A stretch of 63,091 nt of DNA, filler included, from Globobulimina sp. (Eukaryota), in NCBI GenBank assembly GCA_003354225.1. It is 40 parts of 40 records of this genome, joined end to end, with 100 filler letters (N's around TTAATTAATTAA, not from the genome) between each part and the next. Parts side by side here need not be neighbours in the genome. Positions count along the whole stretch, not along the records: positions 45,823 to 47,301 come from PIVH01016027.1; positions 47,402 to 48,880 come from PIVH01016028.1; positions 48,981 to 50,459 come from PIVH01016029.1; positions 50,560 to 52,038 come from PIVH01016030.1; positions 52,139 to 53,617 come from PIVH01016031.1; positions 53,718 to 55,196 come from PIVH01016032.1; positions 55,297 to 56,775 come from PIVH01016033.1; positions 56,876 to 58,354 come from PIVH01016034.1; 32 more parts are not named here. One strand, written 5' to 3'. Positions 45,823-57,304 of this stretch are shown here, one piece after another (position 1 is the stretch's first letter; every line of letters begins with the position of its first letter). Under the pieces are notes generated by a model. The model had not been told where the DNA came from. It made no database searches and saw nothing but the letters and a program-made list of their open reading frames with translations. Made by a program: the position numbers and the translations under genes.

Positions 45823-47152
45823 GCCAACTCTTTCATTCGAGTATCAATAACTGCAGCAATTATAGGTTTGGCATTGTTTGCAGAGCCAGCTCTGCCTAAC
45901 ATACGCTCACTAAATAAATTTGACACCTTTCTAATCCATGACATCTCATTCTCGTTTTGCTGAGATAGCGTTTCTGTTTTAGGCTCCATAACATTCGTTA
46001 CCTGATACTCCTCATCAACGATATCCTTTTTCTCCTCATATACCCGTGAATTATTGGAGGATGAATCGGTGGATTGGCTCTCAACAATGCTCGAAGGAGT
46101 TACTGTGCTGCCAACCGTTTGGTTTTGCCACAGCCAGTTACGACCAATGGATTCAAAACCACGCTTGGTGTCATCCACTTTGCTGCTCACAGTCACCGTA
46201 TTGAGTGAAGTAGTATCAGTGTCCGTATCTGTGCTTTGTTTTTGTTGCTGTAAGATCCCATCACGTAGCGATCGCTCATTCGGAGAACCGTCATTGTGCT
46301 GCGACTGTGTCTGTGAACTGGAAGACTGTGCTGGCGACCCTGCGATGGGGGACAGCCTGTCAACATCAGCCAAGATGTTATTGCGTTGTAAGTGTGTGGG
46401 CAGAATGAGCTTCTGTATCGCGTGCGGTGTCAGATATATTAATCCCTCCGTCGACACCACATCGCGAGTGATTTCCGGTAAGCGTTCGAATATCATTTCG
46501 CGTTCAGGCTCGTCCAAAGGTAAGATTTGCGATAACAGGAAATCTGGAATACCTAATTTGGAGTTTCGAATCTCCCAAAAAATGTCTACGATGGAGCTGT
46601 GGTGTGTGGTGTATGGGAAACACTCAGTTTTTAGGTTGGACGGAGTTTGGCTGAGTGTGTGGAAACATACCCGTTGAGGATAAATCGTTTGATGAAGCCT
46701 GGCTTCATTAAGGATATTAGGCCGAGCTGGTGAGCGAAGTGAATGTATTTTTGGGTGACTATGAAAATAACACCAAGTGTACCGAGGAATAATAATATGA
46801 AACCGAGGATTATTTTGTGTGGCAATGAGAAAAAGATTAGAGTGGAACCAATGGATAAGGAGGTTAAACATAATTGGGTTTGGAGAGAGAGTTTAAAGAG
46901 TATGTGTTTTGATGCATGTATGAATAGTAAGGACAGATGGGATGGGTTTAGTAATTGTGAGATAGATATCCAATTCGATGGTGCGGTGTTTGTTTGTGAA
47001 GTGTTGTAGGTGGCGGTGTGTATATTATGGTCATAGTCAGGTTGATGTTCTTTTGATTCTCCGTGTTGTAACTGTTTGTTTTCGGCGGCTTGGAGATTGT
47101 TGGGATGTTCAATCGGATGGAATGGAGAACGGTTAAATTGAGACGAAGACAT
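45823..47152 (-). CDS. Membrane protein of unknown function, intron 46597-46670 (3' partial)
   Basis: GG|GTATGT...CACAG|C joins the ORFs in frame (LNG-SIVDIFW); two TM segments. Confidence 0.7.
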
Positions 47153-47401
47153 AAGGTATTTGAGAATAGTGGGTGTCGGTTTTTGATGAATTTTAACTCA
47201 GTAAAGCTAAAATCTTAATGGCTTGAAGAGACTCAATAGGGTTTTTGCTTTTAGTTCATTTCTTCAATCAACATTTAAATTTTCTATTTTTACTAACATT
47301 TNNNNNNNNNNNNNNNNNNNNNNNNNNNNNNNNNNNNNNNNNNNNTTAATTAATTAANNNNNNNNNNNNNNNNNNNNNNNNNNNNNNNNNNNNNNNNNNN
47401 N

Positions 47402-47981
47402 GCACCTAGGATTCGGACTGGATTTCTTTGATGAAGATAACCGTACAATTGATTATTTAATGCAGAGATTACAAACAGAAACAAGACAAATTACTCAGCA
47501 ATCTTCATTGTTTAGATGGGCAAAGCTTATATTAAATAATAACCATCACTTACATTTAATATCAATGATTAAAAAACATCCAATATTTTTAAAAGATATA
47601 AAAATACGAAAACACATGATTGAAGGCCTAGAATTCGGACTGGATTTGTTTGATGATGATAACCGTAAAATTGATTATTTAATGCAGAGATTACAAACAG
47701 AAACAAGAGCAATCACTCTGCAATCTTCATTGTTTAAATGTGCAAAGCTTATATTAACTAATAATGGTAAATTGATATCAATGTTTGTAAAACATCCATC
47801 TTTCCTTAAATTAACAAAATATCGCTCCATGACAGTGTTAGAGAGATTGGTGGAGGAATTGGAAATATATCAATTATTGCAACAATATTTCATGATCACA
47901 CATTTTGCAGTCATTGTTGATAATTTGTATATCAATGAAGAGGGTGTTGTAACAATGAAAATATATGTTATGAACCATTAG
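47402..47981 (+). CDS. Hypothetical protein with 222-bp (74-aa) internal tandem duplication (5' partial)
   Basis: FGLD.FD.DNR.IDYLMQRLQTETR..T.QSSLF..AKLIL occurs twice (ATGs at 47460 and 47682). Confidence 0.6.
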
Positions 47982-48049
47982 CAATTATAAATAGACAAAT
48001 ATCCAAATTTGTATTCACTGCAAACACATCGCAAACAGAACAATCTGAA

Positions 48050-48880
48050 ATGGCAACATCTGAGGATTATGAGATTAAAACAACATCGGATGATGGATAT
48101 AGATTTGATAATATATATGCATTCCGGCTACCAATCATTACTGAAAATATCCATAATGATTTATATAATGTATATGCAAAACTAGTAAATACATCTTCTA
48201 AATTCACTAAAATTAAATCTTTGCATCGAGATACATTCGGAAAATACAAATTGAACACAGATATATCATTATGTATTGATAAAAAAATAAGTATCCATAA
48301 ATTTGATGAAGAATATGGTACGAAAGGAACAATGCAAATATTATGTAAATCATCAATTATTATAAATAAAACCGGAGAGATAAATGGTAATAAATGTGGA
48401 ATGGGTAAAGATATTTCATTATTTTATAAAACAAATAAAAATATTGAGGATAAATCCCAAACTCTAAAACATGGACAATTTATTTGCGATGATAATAAAA
48501 ATGAAGAAAGCAAAACAGATGGATTTGGAGGTGGTGTTATTGCACTTATCTCAAACTCTGAAATAATAAATAATGGAATCTTAACATGTGATGGCTCAGA
48601 TATATATTATTCGGGCGGTACAATATTAATAAACACATTAAAATCATTCATAAATAATGGTAAAATATTTGCCAATCCGAATGGTAAAATAATAATAAAA
48701 TGTAATGCATTTATAAATAATGGAATTATATCTCCGCAACCAATCATAATGTATTATAATAAGAAGAATAATGATAATGATATTTCAATGGATTTTAGTG
48801 TCGTATATAAACCATTGAGTGATACATTTATTACACTTAAAAAACAAAAAATAAAATTAAATATATATAAATGTAATGGA
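48050..48880 (+). CDS. Hypothetical protein with GGG / INNG.I beta-solenoid-like repeats (3' partial)
   Basis: GFGGGVIAL, IINNGIL, SGGTILI, FINNGKI, FINNGII. Confidence 0.65.
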
Positions 48881-49104
48881 NNNNNNNNNNNNNNNNNNNN
48901 NNNNNNNNNNNNNNNNNNNNNNNNTTAATTAATTAANNNNNNNNNNNNNNNNNNNNNNNNNNNNNNNNNNNNNNNNNNNNTTGGTGGCTCGAATATGGCT
49001 GCTTTATATGTAGTTTTAAGTGCATAACAAACAAGACAATTTACAATAAACTACCTGCATTGCATTGTGACATACTATCTATGACTGTTAATATGTAATA
49101 GGAC

Positions 49105-50285
49105 AGAAGGTCTAAACCAACAAAGTCACTCTATTTTACAAATAATGATTTTATTTGGAGGAAGACTGATATTTATATCACTGTTCTTGAGCACGCAAAG
49201 TGCAAAGTGTCATCTTACAATTCAATTGGCACTCTGCACACCATGCACACATACACCTGCACAATTTAAGTATATTGTAAATGTTTTATATTTGCTCGGA
49301 CGGTATGCATTATAAGTTGTTCCTACAAATACGTTATGGTATAACACATCTAATAATTATATATTCAATCCTCTCAGTCGCCTTTTTTGCATATGAAGAT
49401 AACTATTCTTATTCTATATTTTGTTTGGGTCGTCTAATTGGTTTCCGGTCTAATGACACTATTAGACACTGCTGCACTGGTCGTTCGTTTGGAGTGCGGG
49501 ACTCAAAAGGCCAGAGGTCAACCTATTAAGACAACCAATTGAATACAAAGTTCAGTCGCTAACGTTTGACTATGCTAGAGTTCCGGACGTTCAGCAGAGA
49601 GAGTGCTCTTGTTATAAGCACCAAATAAACAAGCAGTTGAAATAAATAACAACAAAGTATAGTTAACGATTGGGTTAAAGGAAACGGACTGGACTCTACA
49701 TGGGACATGTATTAAAATATATCTTTGACTTTGCCTATTTGTATGTGATACAGTACAGAACACGGATTCCATTGGTCAAATCAAATAGGTTTAACAGCCT
49801 TATTTTGAAAATCGAGGATCTCGCAGACCAAGAAAATGTACCAAAGTTTGTGTTGAAGTTGTAATGTTGGTTCCAATAGTTTTGATAACATTCGAGAGAT
49901 AGCGTCTCTGTCTGTTATGTTATCGAACAAACAGATAGCTACAGTATTAACTATAATATATCACCAACCATCCTACTCTGTTCTTTTATCCGCGAAATCT
50001 ACAAATATACATTTCTATTGCTTGACTCTCTCGACACATTACCATATTTTGGTATACTTTTAAACAACTTTAACAAGACTTTTATAAGTAAATATAGTTA
50101 ATAAAATTTCTCAATATTACAACCTATTCGAAATACAAGAACATAGAAGCTCTAAACCAACCGACTCGCATTTCAGTCTAACAAACAATGATTTATTTTG
50201 GAGGATGACTGACTTTTATATTGCCATTCTACCTACTATTGGCACACTAAATGGAAAGTGAATTTTCCCTTAAGCACTCTGCGTG
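49105..50285 (+). repeat. Diverged direct repeat with period about 1040 bp in an ORF-poor contig
   Basis: AGAAG.TCTAAACCAAC...AATGATTT..TTTGGAGGA.GACTGA..TTTATAT at 49105-49178 and 50145-50221; shared AAAGTG and GCACTCTGC further on. Confidence 0.7.
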
Positions 50286-50559
50286 CAAAAATACAAGAAT
50301 GGCGATATAAAAGTAAATGCATAAGTCTGATTTTCATTCTTCAATCATGTCAAAGCAAATACATGTATGTTCATTTCCTGGCTGTAAGGCTAAATACGTC
50401 CACAGCCAACGCTTACGTCATCATGAAAACTATACCAAGTAATGTTGCAACTTTAACGANNNNNNNNNNNNNNNNNNNNNNNNNNNNNNNNNNNNNNNNN
50501 NNNTTAATTAATTAANNNNNNNNNNNNNNNNNNNNNNNNNNNNNNNNNNNNNNNNNNNN

Positions 50560-51144
50560 GATGAGGTGGGCGGCTCCGACAAATTGAATAAAGAGTGCAC
50601 AGCGAATTCGAAGAAAGGCCACAAAAAGAAGGATAAAAAGAAAAAGAAAAAGAAAAAGAAAGGCTCCATTTTTGATATTGCAGAGTTAGCGCGGATTTCT
50701 CGCCAAGGCATTTTGGACGACGCGGTGTTGGAAACAGTGGAGGATTCCACCGAATTATGGAAGGAGGAGCTCAAGGCATTGATGAACAAGTTCCGCTTAA
50801 ACATTTTGGGACCATTTACGGTGAAATCTGGCCGCTCGGATCCCACCACAGAAACAATTGCGGCGTTTTGCGAGTTGACCAAATATGATTGGGACACTAC
50901 ACAAATTAATCACAGATTCATCAAAAATAACATAAAATTGGTGCGGTGGCTGAGAGTCAGCGAATTGATCCACGCATACAGCAGACACCAAAAGTGCACC
51001 ATGATCACGGCGCCGTTTCCATTGTCCTTTCCGACCTCGACCATGTATTTGGGAGTTTGCGACATGTTGACCAACAACAATTATAATGCCACTATTTTGA
51101 TTCGGGGCAACGGACAAAACTGTTTGACATTTTATTCTGAATAG
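50560..51144 (+). CDS. SLC12 cation-chloride cotransporter, C-terminal fragment
   Basis: RWLRVSELI..YS, ITAPFP, YL...DML, ILIRGNGQNCLTFYS, matching the NKCC/NCC terminus. Confidence 0.85.
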   Translation, partial: DEVGGSDKLNKECTANSKKGHKKKDKKKKKKKKKGSIFDIAELARISRQGILDDAVLETVEDSTELWKEELKALMNKFRLNILGPFTVKSGRSDPTTETIAAFCELTKYDWDTTQINHRFIKNNIKLVRWLRVSELIHAYSRHQKCTMITAPFPLSFPTSTMYLGVCDMLTNNNYNATILIRGNGQNCLTFYSE

Positions 51145-51316
51145 CTTAGAATTATTTTTATACTTTTTTCCTTTCTTTTAATTTGTCTCTCTCATATTTT
51201 TATAGTTTTCAAACCTTTGCATTTTCAGCATTCAAACAAGACAAACCTTGCTGGAGACTGGCTGTCTGAACCATCATTGCGAGCGAAGCGAGCCACATAA
51301 CTCCGAAAAATTTACA

Positions 51317-52038
51317 ATGTTTGTTGCTACCATACTAGCACCAGTTGAAAGGGTCAAATTAATCATTCAATGCCAAAATGAAATTCTATTATCAAACAGA
51401 ATAAAACAACCCTACAAAAACCCAATGGATTGTTTTTATAGACTTCTAAAAGAAAATGAAGGGTTAGATAGAAGCGTATTATTTGAGACACCGCAAAAAA
51501 TGAGAGGATACACCTTATTTCGAGGGAATAGTGCCAATGTCTTACAAACATTAATACCGAGTATCTCACGACTTGGACTTATAACCGGCGCAATACATAA
51601 ACTATCAAATATAGCGTCAGATTCGTCGCCAGTCTTTGTGATTGCTTCCGTTTTAACAATATCTGGTTCAGCTGCTTTATGCAATGCTGCCTTAATGTAT
51701 CCATTGGAGTTTGCACGGACTCGGTTGGCAAATGATGTTTTTATTGGTACACTGGGTAAGAGACAGTATGATGGATTACGTCATGTCTTTGAAGAAACAA
51801 TAAAATGCGATGGAATCCGTGGCTTATACCGAGGTTTTTGGATAAATACAGGTGGTACATGCATACAAATGGCATTAATGTTTGGTTTCATGGCACCTCT
51901 GGTTGATACTAATACATTTTTATTGGGTTTTTATGCTTATACAGTGACATTATTGTCAATGTTAGCAAGCTATCCATTGGACACTGTGTCAAGAAGAATG
52001 ATGATGAGATCTAGTGAAATGGTTAAATATAAGAATTC
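51317..52038 (+). CDS. Divergent ADP/ATP carrier-like mitochondrial carrier (3' partial)
   Basis: APVERVKL, LFRGNSANV, YPLEFARTRLAND, DGIRGLYRGF, SYPLDTVSRRMMM. Confidence 0.85.
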
Positions 52039-52138
52039 NNNNNNNNNNNNNNNNNNNNNNNNNNNNNNNNNNNNNNNNNNNNTTAATTAATTAANNNNNN
52101 NNNNNNNNNNNNNNNNNNNNNNNNNNNNNNNNNNNNNN

Positions 52139-52210
52139 AAGCATCACCAGCGACATATATTTTACCATTAGTACTTAAAAATGTTGTATATCGCCCTGCT
52201 GTGGCCACTT
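52139..52210 (-). pseudogene. RCC1-like repeat fragment preceded by in-frame stops
   Basis: KVATAGRYTTFLSTNGKIYVAGDA directly after a TAA. Confidence 0.35.
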
Positions 52211-52629
52211 TTTATTCACTGCCATAATTGTTTATCATGAGCCATTTTCATTTGCACAGCAGTACCAAGTGTTGACAAGGAAGAACAACTAAACCATTGA
52301 CTGTAAACGTAGCTTTCTTGAAAATCTTAGCTTAGCTTAGCCATATCTTAAAAACTTATCAAAGCAAATAGGCAAATTTAGTTCATCGATATCCCATGAA
52401 ACAAGAGTCGTTGGTTTCATCTGCTTTAAATAAAGAATATTATGTTTGTCTGAAACTATCTGGTTCAGTCATAAGATACAACGCACATCGATGCAGGTTA
52501 AAATCCTGTCTGATCGAACCAGATTTCTTTTTTGCAGCACTGGTTAATTAATATCACATAGTTCAATGCGGAGCTTATATTATTTTGACTGTCACCAATG
52601 TGTTAAATATTATTTTCTCTGTTTTTTGT

Positions 52630-52935
52630 TCATTTTACACTTTTTTTGCGTTTGAGTTCCATTTTTAAAATATCTCGTTTTTGTTTCAATTCATGCATAC
52701 TTTTATCCGCAAATGGTAATAACTGAATAAATTTTAATGTTTCATCCAGTTTTGTTTCAGACTGTCGTTCAAATCTCGCAATCAATTTTTTATTCGCTCG
52801 TCCTGATGACATACAACTATCGATATAATCTTGCACCAATGGTAAAAATTCAAATATTGCTTTTATTTCATCTGACGATTTAGCTGACCGTCCAGCTCTG
52901 CATTCTTCCTTTCTCTCCTCTTCAACTGCTGCCAT
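52630..52935 (-). CDS. MED9: Mediator subunit Med9-like protein
   Basis: FLPLVQDYID...KL......I..LP..DKS..E......L..EL..K follows the Med9 pattern and size. Confidence 0.55.
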   Translation of the reverse strand: MAAVEEERKEECRAGRSAKSSDEIKAIFEFLPLVQDYIDSCMSSGRANKKLIARFERQSETKLDETLKFIQLLPFADKSMHELKQKRDILKMELKRKKSVK

Positions 52936-53430
52936 GTTAAGATGTTTAAACGCACAGTTTTTCTCACTCGAGCTCTATTAAAACAACTTAACCATTAATT
53001 ATTATTCCAATTCTTGTCTTGTTAAATGGTGTGGTGGTTCAACATCACTATGCTTCATCTTTGCTTCGGCATTACTTTGATAATCATTTCGTCACTTTCT
53101 TGTAGTAAGCAATACAAAGACTGGTACTATTTAGATCTCTTATAATTGTTTTGAAACAATACAAATATAAAAATATAAATAAACTTTCCAAATATATAAA
53201 TAAACTAAAAAGTTTTGAAGTTGCTTTTTGAAGAATGACTGAATACCATGAGCTCCAAACTAGAAAAAGATAACAATTATTGATATTAAATGTGAAACAG
53301 TGCAGATCATAATATTATAAAAACAGCGGATATCGATCGAAAAACAGCGGTCAGATGGAACAATTTGTATTTAATTGTATCATTTTATTTATAATAAAAT
53401 CAATTTAACACTACAACTGAACTACTGCAA

Positions 53431-53616
53431 CTACATGAGACTAAATCCAGAATATATTCCAGATTGGAGAGCACCAGAATATATGATTTGCTCTAAATGT
53501 TTAAATCTTTTCTTTGTTGTTTCATGTAATGCATTAACTTTATTCTCCAAACTCGCGTGTGATTGACAAACCAATGCCAAATGTTTATTTAAATTATCTT
53601 TCAAATGTTTTTCTAA
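53431..53616 (-). CDS. C-terminal fragment resembling the end of a TRAF-type zinc finger plus coiled coil
   Basis: LEKHLKDNLNKHLALVCQSHASLENKV..., open from the contig edge to a TAG. Confidence 0.4.
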   Translation of the reverse strand, partial: LEKHLKDNLNKHLALVCQSHASLENKVNALHETTKKRFKHLEQIIYSGALQSGIYSGFSLM

Positions 53617-53804
53617 CNNNNNNNNNNNNNNNNNNNNNNNNNNNNNNNNNNNNNNNNNNNNTTAATTAATTAANNNNNNNNNNNNNNNNNNNNNNNNNNN
53701 NNNNNNNNNNNNNNNNNAAATGATTGATATTCTTAATATATTACTTGTCTTATCGGTCAATATTTATAAAGGTATGGGTTTTCTTGGTATGGTTGGGAAA
53801 GCGT

Positions 53805-53996
53805 GTGTCAAAAAAACATTCTGAAATTATGAAAGAGTTTAGAAAGGAATTTAACCTTACCCAGGAAGAGGCGGCGCAAATCCTCGGATATTCAAACAAT
53901 CGGGTGGTGCGGGCGGTCGAACTGGACGAACGCAACATGTCGGCGCCGGTATTGAAAGTAATGCAATATTACAGAAAGGGCGAAAAAGATGGATAG
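53805..53996 (+). CDS. Phage/bacterial XRE-family helix-turn-helix protein
   Basis: MKEFRKEFNLTQEEAAQILGYS..RVV..VE..R; overlaps the next gene by 8 bp; start codon uncertain (GTG 53805 or ATG 53829). Confidence 0.8.
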   Translation: MSKKHSEIMKEFRKEFNLTQEEAAQILGYSNNRVVRAVELDERNMSAPVLKVMQYYRKGEKDG

Positions 53997-54300
53997 TGTT
54001 GAATTGCTGACCAAAATGGGCAAAAAAGAAATTGAGACGATGAGTGAAGGCGAATATTTTTTAGCCGCGTCCGAATTATCGCTTTTGCGTAATCAGATAA
54101 GGACGGTAAAAGATATAAAAAGCGCGGAGCTTGAAGAGGTTCGCGCGGAACTGGAAGAATACAAAAAAGAATTTGTTTCTGTCTCTCTTAAGAACGAGAA
54201 ATTATTAATTGCCTTTCACGATGCGATTAACCGCAATAAAGGCACGGTGCCCACGTCCGGCGAAATGTTTTATCATCCTCTGTATATTAGCAAAAACTAA
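53989..54300 (+). CDS. Phage hypothetical protein
   Basis: Overlapping start with the HTH gene; coiled coil followed by FHDAINR.KG.VP. Confidence 0.6.
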   Translation: MDSVELLTKMGKKEIETMSEGEYFLAASELSLLRNQIRTVKDIKSAELEEVRAELEEYKKEFVSVSLKNEKLLIAFHDAINRNKGTVPTSGEMFYHPLYISKN

Positions 54301-54361
54301 TATTACCTGCAGGCAAGACGTGGTTGTATTAGCATTCGCTTATATATAAACCGGGCGTGTG

Positions 54362-54766
54362 TCATTCTTCGAATGTGATGAGAATATGTATTCCGGGATG
54401 ATCAGAATATTTTTTAACAGTGTCGCCGCTGTCAATTTGCGCGTCATCAACCCAAACAATTTGATTAAGCGCGTCCATTATCCCTTTTTCCAGATTATCC
54501 CGATCGGGCACCGATGTATGACGCGGCGGGTTTTCCCTTTTGTATTTGGGCCAGCTTTTAGGAATGGGAAAACAAAAGAGTAAATCAAGTTTCACCGCTT
54601 GTTTGGTTGGTGGCCCGCCTCGCCTGATCTTTTTGACGGCGTTGCCGATAGCATTTTTATAAGCCCGGCTTTTCTTATCTGTAAAATGTGCTTTTCCGCT
54701 GGTCCTGGCCCGGCGCCAAGGCTGCGGATTAACAGGCACAAAATAGTCAAATGTTTTCGTTGCCAT
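54362..54766 (-). CDS. rusA: RusA-family Holliday junction resolvase
   Basis: PQPW.RAR, FPIPKSW, PDRDNLEKGIMDALN..VW.DDAQI; purine-rich RBS-like GAAAGGG upstream. Confidence 0.92.
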   Translation of the reverse strand: MATKTFDYFVPVNPQPWRRARTSGKAHFTDKKSRAYKNAIGNAVKKIRRGGPPTKQAVKLDLLFCFPIPKSWPKYKRENPPRHTSVPDRDNLEKGIMDALNQIVWVDDAQIDSGDTVKKYSDHPGIHILITFEE

Positions 54767-54845
54767 GGCGGCCCTTTCTCATCAATGTGTTGAGAAAGGC
54801 TAACCGCCCGCGTACAATATTACAAATACATAAATTAATTTTATC

Positions 54846-55196
54846 TTATACAGAGAATTCGATCTTTTCTATGGTCGCCCAATCGCGCTTTGTAAATTTG
54901 GTCATACCAATGCCCGCCCGCCATGCGTTCCAAGCATCTATATAAAGCATCGGCAAAACAGTCCATGAAATACGTAAATTTTGGGTTTTTGATTTGATCA
55001 TAAGCTCGCGTATAAAATAACGCGGATCATCACTTTGAAGGCCCGTCCCTTCGGCAATCCCCACGAAAAAAGCGGCGACGTCATCCGTGTGAACGCCCAA
55101 TTTTACTTCTAAAATATACCCCATAGCGCCAAGAAAACTTGGGGCGCCGCTGATTGAATGCAGTTGTCCATAACGGCCAACAAACCCGCCATAGTC
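54846..55196 (-). CDS. Phage hypothetical protein, C-terminal fragment
   Basis: FF..IA.G.GL..DDPR..IRE ... AWNAWRAG resembles the C-terminus of phage ParB-like proteins; same strand as rusA. Confidence 0.55.
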   Translation of the reverse strand, partial: DYGGFVGRYGQLHSISGAPSFLGAMGYILEVKLGVHTDDVAAFFVGIAEGTGLQSDDPRYFIRELMIKSKTQNLRISWTVLPMLYIDAWNAWRAGIGMTKFTKRDWATIEKIEFSV

Positions 55197-55345
55197 NNNN
55201 NNNNNNNNNNNNNNNNNNNNNNNNNNNNNNNNNNNNNNNNTTAATTAATTAANNNNNNNNNNNNNNNNNNNNNNNNNNNNNNNNNNNNNNNNNNNNAAAA
55301 TTTATGTTGAAATAAAAAAAACCTTTCAGACAAAATAATGAATTA

Positions 55346-56557
55346 ATGATGGCAGATGTAATTTGTAATAATATTTTAAGAGCATACAAAAGTGTGTTAT
55401 CATTATGTTTAGAATTAGATACATATTCATGGTATCATTTAGAATGCATTCAACAAGAAATAGAAAATGCACAATTGAATAAAATTCATCAACTATCTAA
55501 AAATAAATTGTCCATTGATGTTGAAATACATCCTATCGACGCAGAAAAATCATTAATGAGCCTGTTGACTGACACACAAGTTCGAACATTGCACGAATTG
55601 AAATTTCCAGCATGGATATTGTATCTAAAATTAAATGATCGCGTTGAGTATAAAATTGATAAAACAAAAATCAATGCATATTATGTCAAATATATATCTT
55701 TGACCATAAACAATGCACTATTTGTACTAAAATTAAATATCATTACCAATCCAGAACGATTTCGTGATTTTCCTGATCGTTTTGTAAACATTCATGACTT
55801 TACAGAATTGCGAACTAAACTTTTTAAATTCCATAGCTTCACTCCAATCCATCTTAATTCCATTGCATGTCCGTATGTCGAATTGCATTTAGACATAAAT
55901 TCATTACATTGTGAATATTGTGCTATTTGCTGTTTGAAGTATTGTGGTCTATGCAGTATGGCATGCCATGCTGGCAAATATTATTGCAGGCAATCACAAT
56001 GTATAGATATTGCAGCAGCTGAGGCATTCTATTCCATTCTACTAAAAGCAACAAAGCATTATATTAATATTCATGATGATGTAATTAAGTGTATTATGCA
56101 ATATTGTATGGGATTTACCACAGATTGTTGCACAGATTATTGTGAGAGGTCTATACAATTTAATAATAGCTTGCAGTTTGAGAATAAGTTTGATTGCGAT
56201 GGGATGGCTATATATTATTATCAAGTGTCGCCCAAATATGATGAGCGGTATACTGTGAAAGAAATCTGTGGCGAAAGGTATAGGATATTTTGCAACTTTT
56301 GTGTGGGTTTTTATATATTGCAGGAATGTGCTTTGTTTACAAATGGATGCATTAATAAGGACTCACAAGGTACATGTTGTGCTAATTGTGCATATCTCGG
56401 TGGAATGGAAGTTACTATGGAACAGCAATATAATTCAAAACGGAAACGAGATTATGAGAAGATGGAAAAATACCATTCAGTCATTATTAACGTGCTTTTT
56501 TTGACAATGCCTATAATAATTTGTATTATTTTGTCATTTGCCCGCAAATTTCAATGA
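55346..56557 (+). CDS. Cys-rich hypothetical protein with C-terminal TM helix
   Basis: 403-aa ORF, several CxxC pairs, terminal hydrophobic segment followed by RK. Confidence 0.7.
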   Translation: MMADVICNNILRAYKSVLSLCLELDTYSWYHLECIQQEIENAQLNKIHQLSKNKLSIDVEIHPIDAEKSLMSLLTDTQVRTLHELKFPAWILYLKLNDRVEYKIDKTKINAYYVKYISLTINNALFVLKLNIITNPERFRDFPDRFVNIHDFTELRTKLFKFHSFTPIHLNSIACPYVELHLDINSLHCEYCAICCLKYCGLCSMACHAGKYYCRQSQCIDIAAAEAFYSILLKATKHYINIHDDVIKCIMQYCMGFTTDCCTDYCERSIQFNNSLQFENKFDCDGMAIYYYQVSPKYDERYTVKEICGERYRIFCNFCVGFYILQECALFTNGCINKDSQGTCCANCAYLGGMEVTMEQQYNSKRKRDYEKMEKYHSVIINVLFLTMPIIICIILSFARKFQ

Positions 56558-56875
56558 ACAAACGTTCCTTTTTAGTTTTACGACGATCTCAAATTATAAA
56601 TGACAAACATATACAAACTTGGATGTGCATTTGTAAATGTTTGTCAGCATAAAATGTTTTTAATTTTAAAAGTCTGAATTTAAATTGGTACATAGATCAA
56701 TAAAATATGATTTCACTTGCAAAGACCCGAGCGACACAGAGGGAAAACTCGACACAAAACATAAATCAAAGAACANNNNNNNNNNNNNNNNNNNNNNNNN
56801 NNNNNNNNNNNNNNNNNNNTTAATTAATTAANNNNNNNNNNNNNNNNNNNNNNNNNNNNNNNNNNNNNNNNNNNN

Positions 56876-57082
56876 AACCATATTCGATACACATCGAACG
56901 CAATAATAATGATTGCAATTTGACCATGTAAAAAATTGATCTGATTTTGATTTGCGTTTACATCTGAGACATGCAATTGTGTCTGTCACAGGATAATGCA
57001 CAGCAACACGTTTACTTTTTCTGTTCCTACGCTTTTTCCCACCTCTCCTTCTTTTTTGCTTAGTTGTATTTCGATCATTCAT
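56876..57082 (-). CDS. RING-like zinc finger protein N-terminus (3' partial)
   Basis: Basic NLS-like run, then CLRC...CNHYYCVRC. Confidence 0.55.
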
Positions 57083-57304
57083 GCTGTGAACATATAAGGT
57101 TCAGATCGTATCTGAAGATTTCACACGTACACAAACACTGAGTGACGCTATTTGTTTCTGATTTGGATGAGTAAACCAAAAAACTTGGTAAAAAACTGAC
57201 AATGACAGTTATGTGATGAGGGTTTAGTCTGGACTCTGGCCCTACATTCTAATTACAATCACATATATTTTACATTATAGAACAAATCAATACCAAAATA
57301 ACAA

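Noticed and set aside
26869..55196. A single prophage or giant element made of the tail-fibre, capsid and rusA contigs
   Set aside because: They lie on separate contigs ordered only by length and look compositionally different; there is no linkage evidence.
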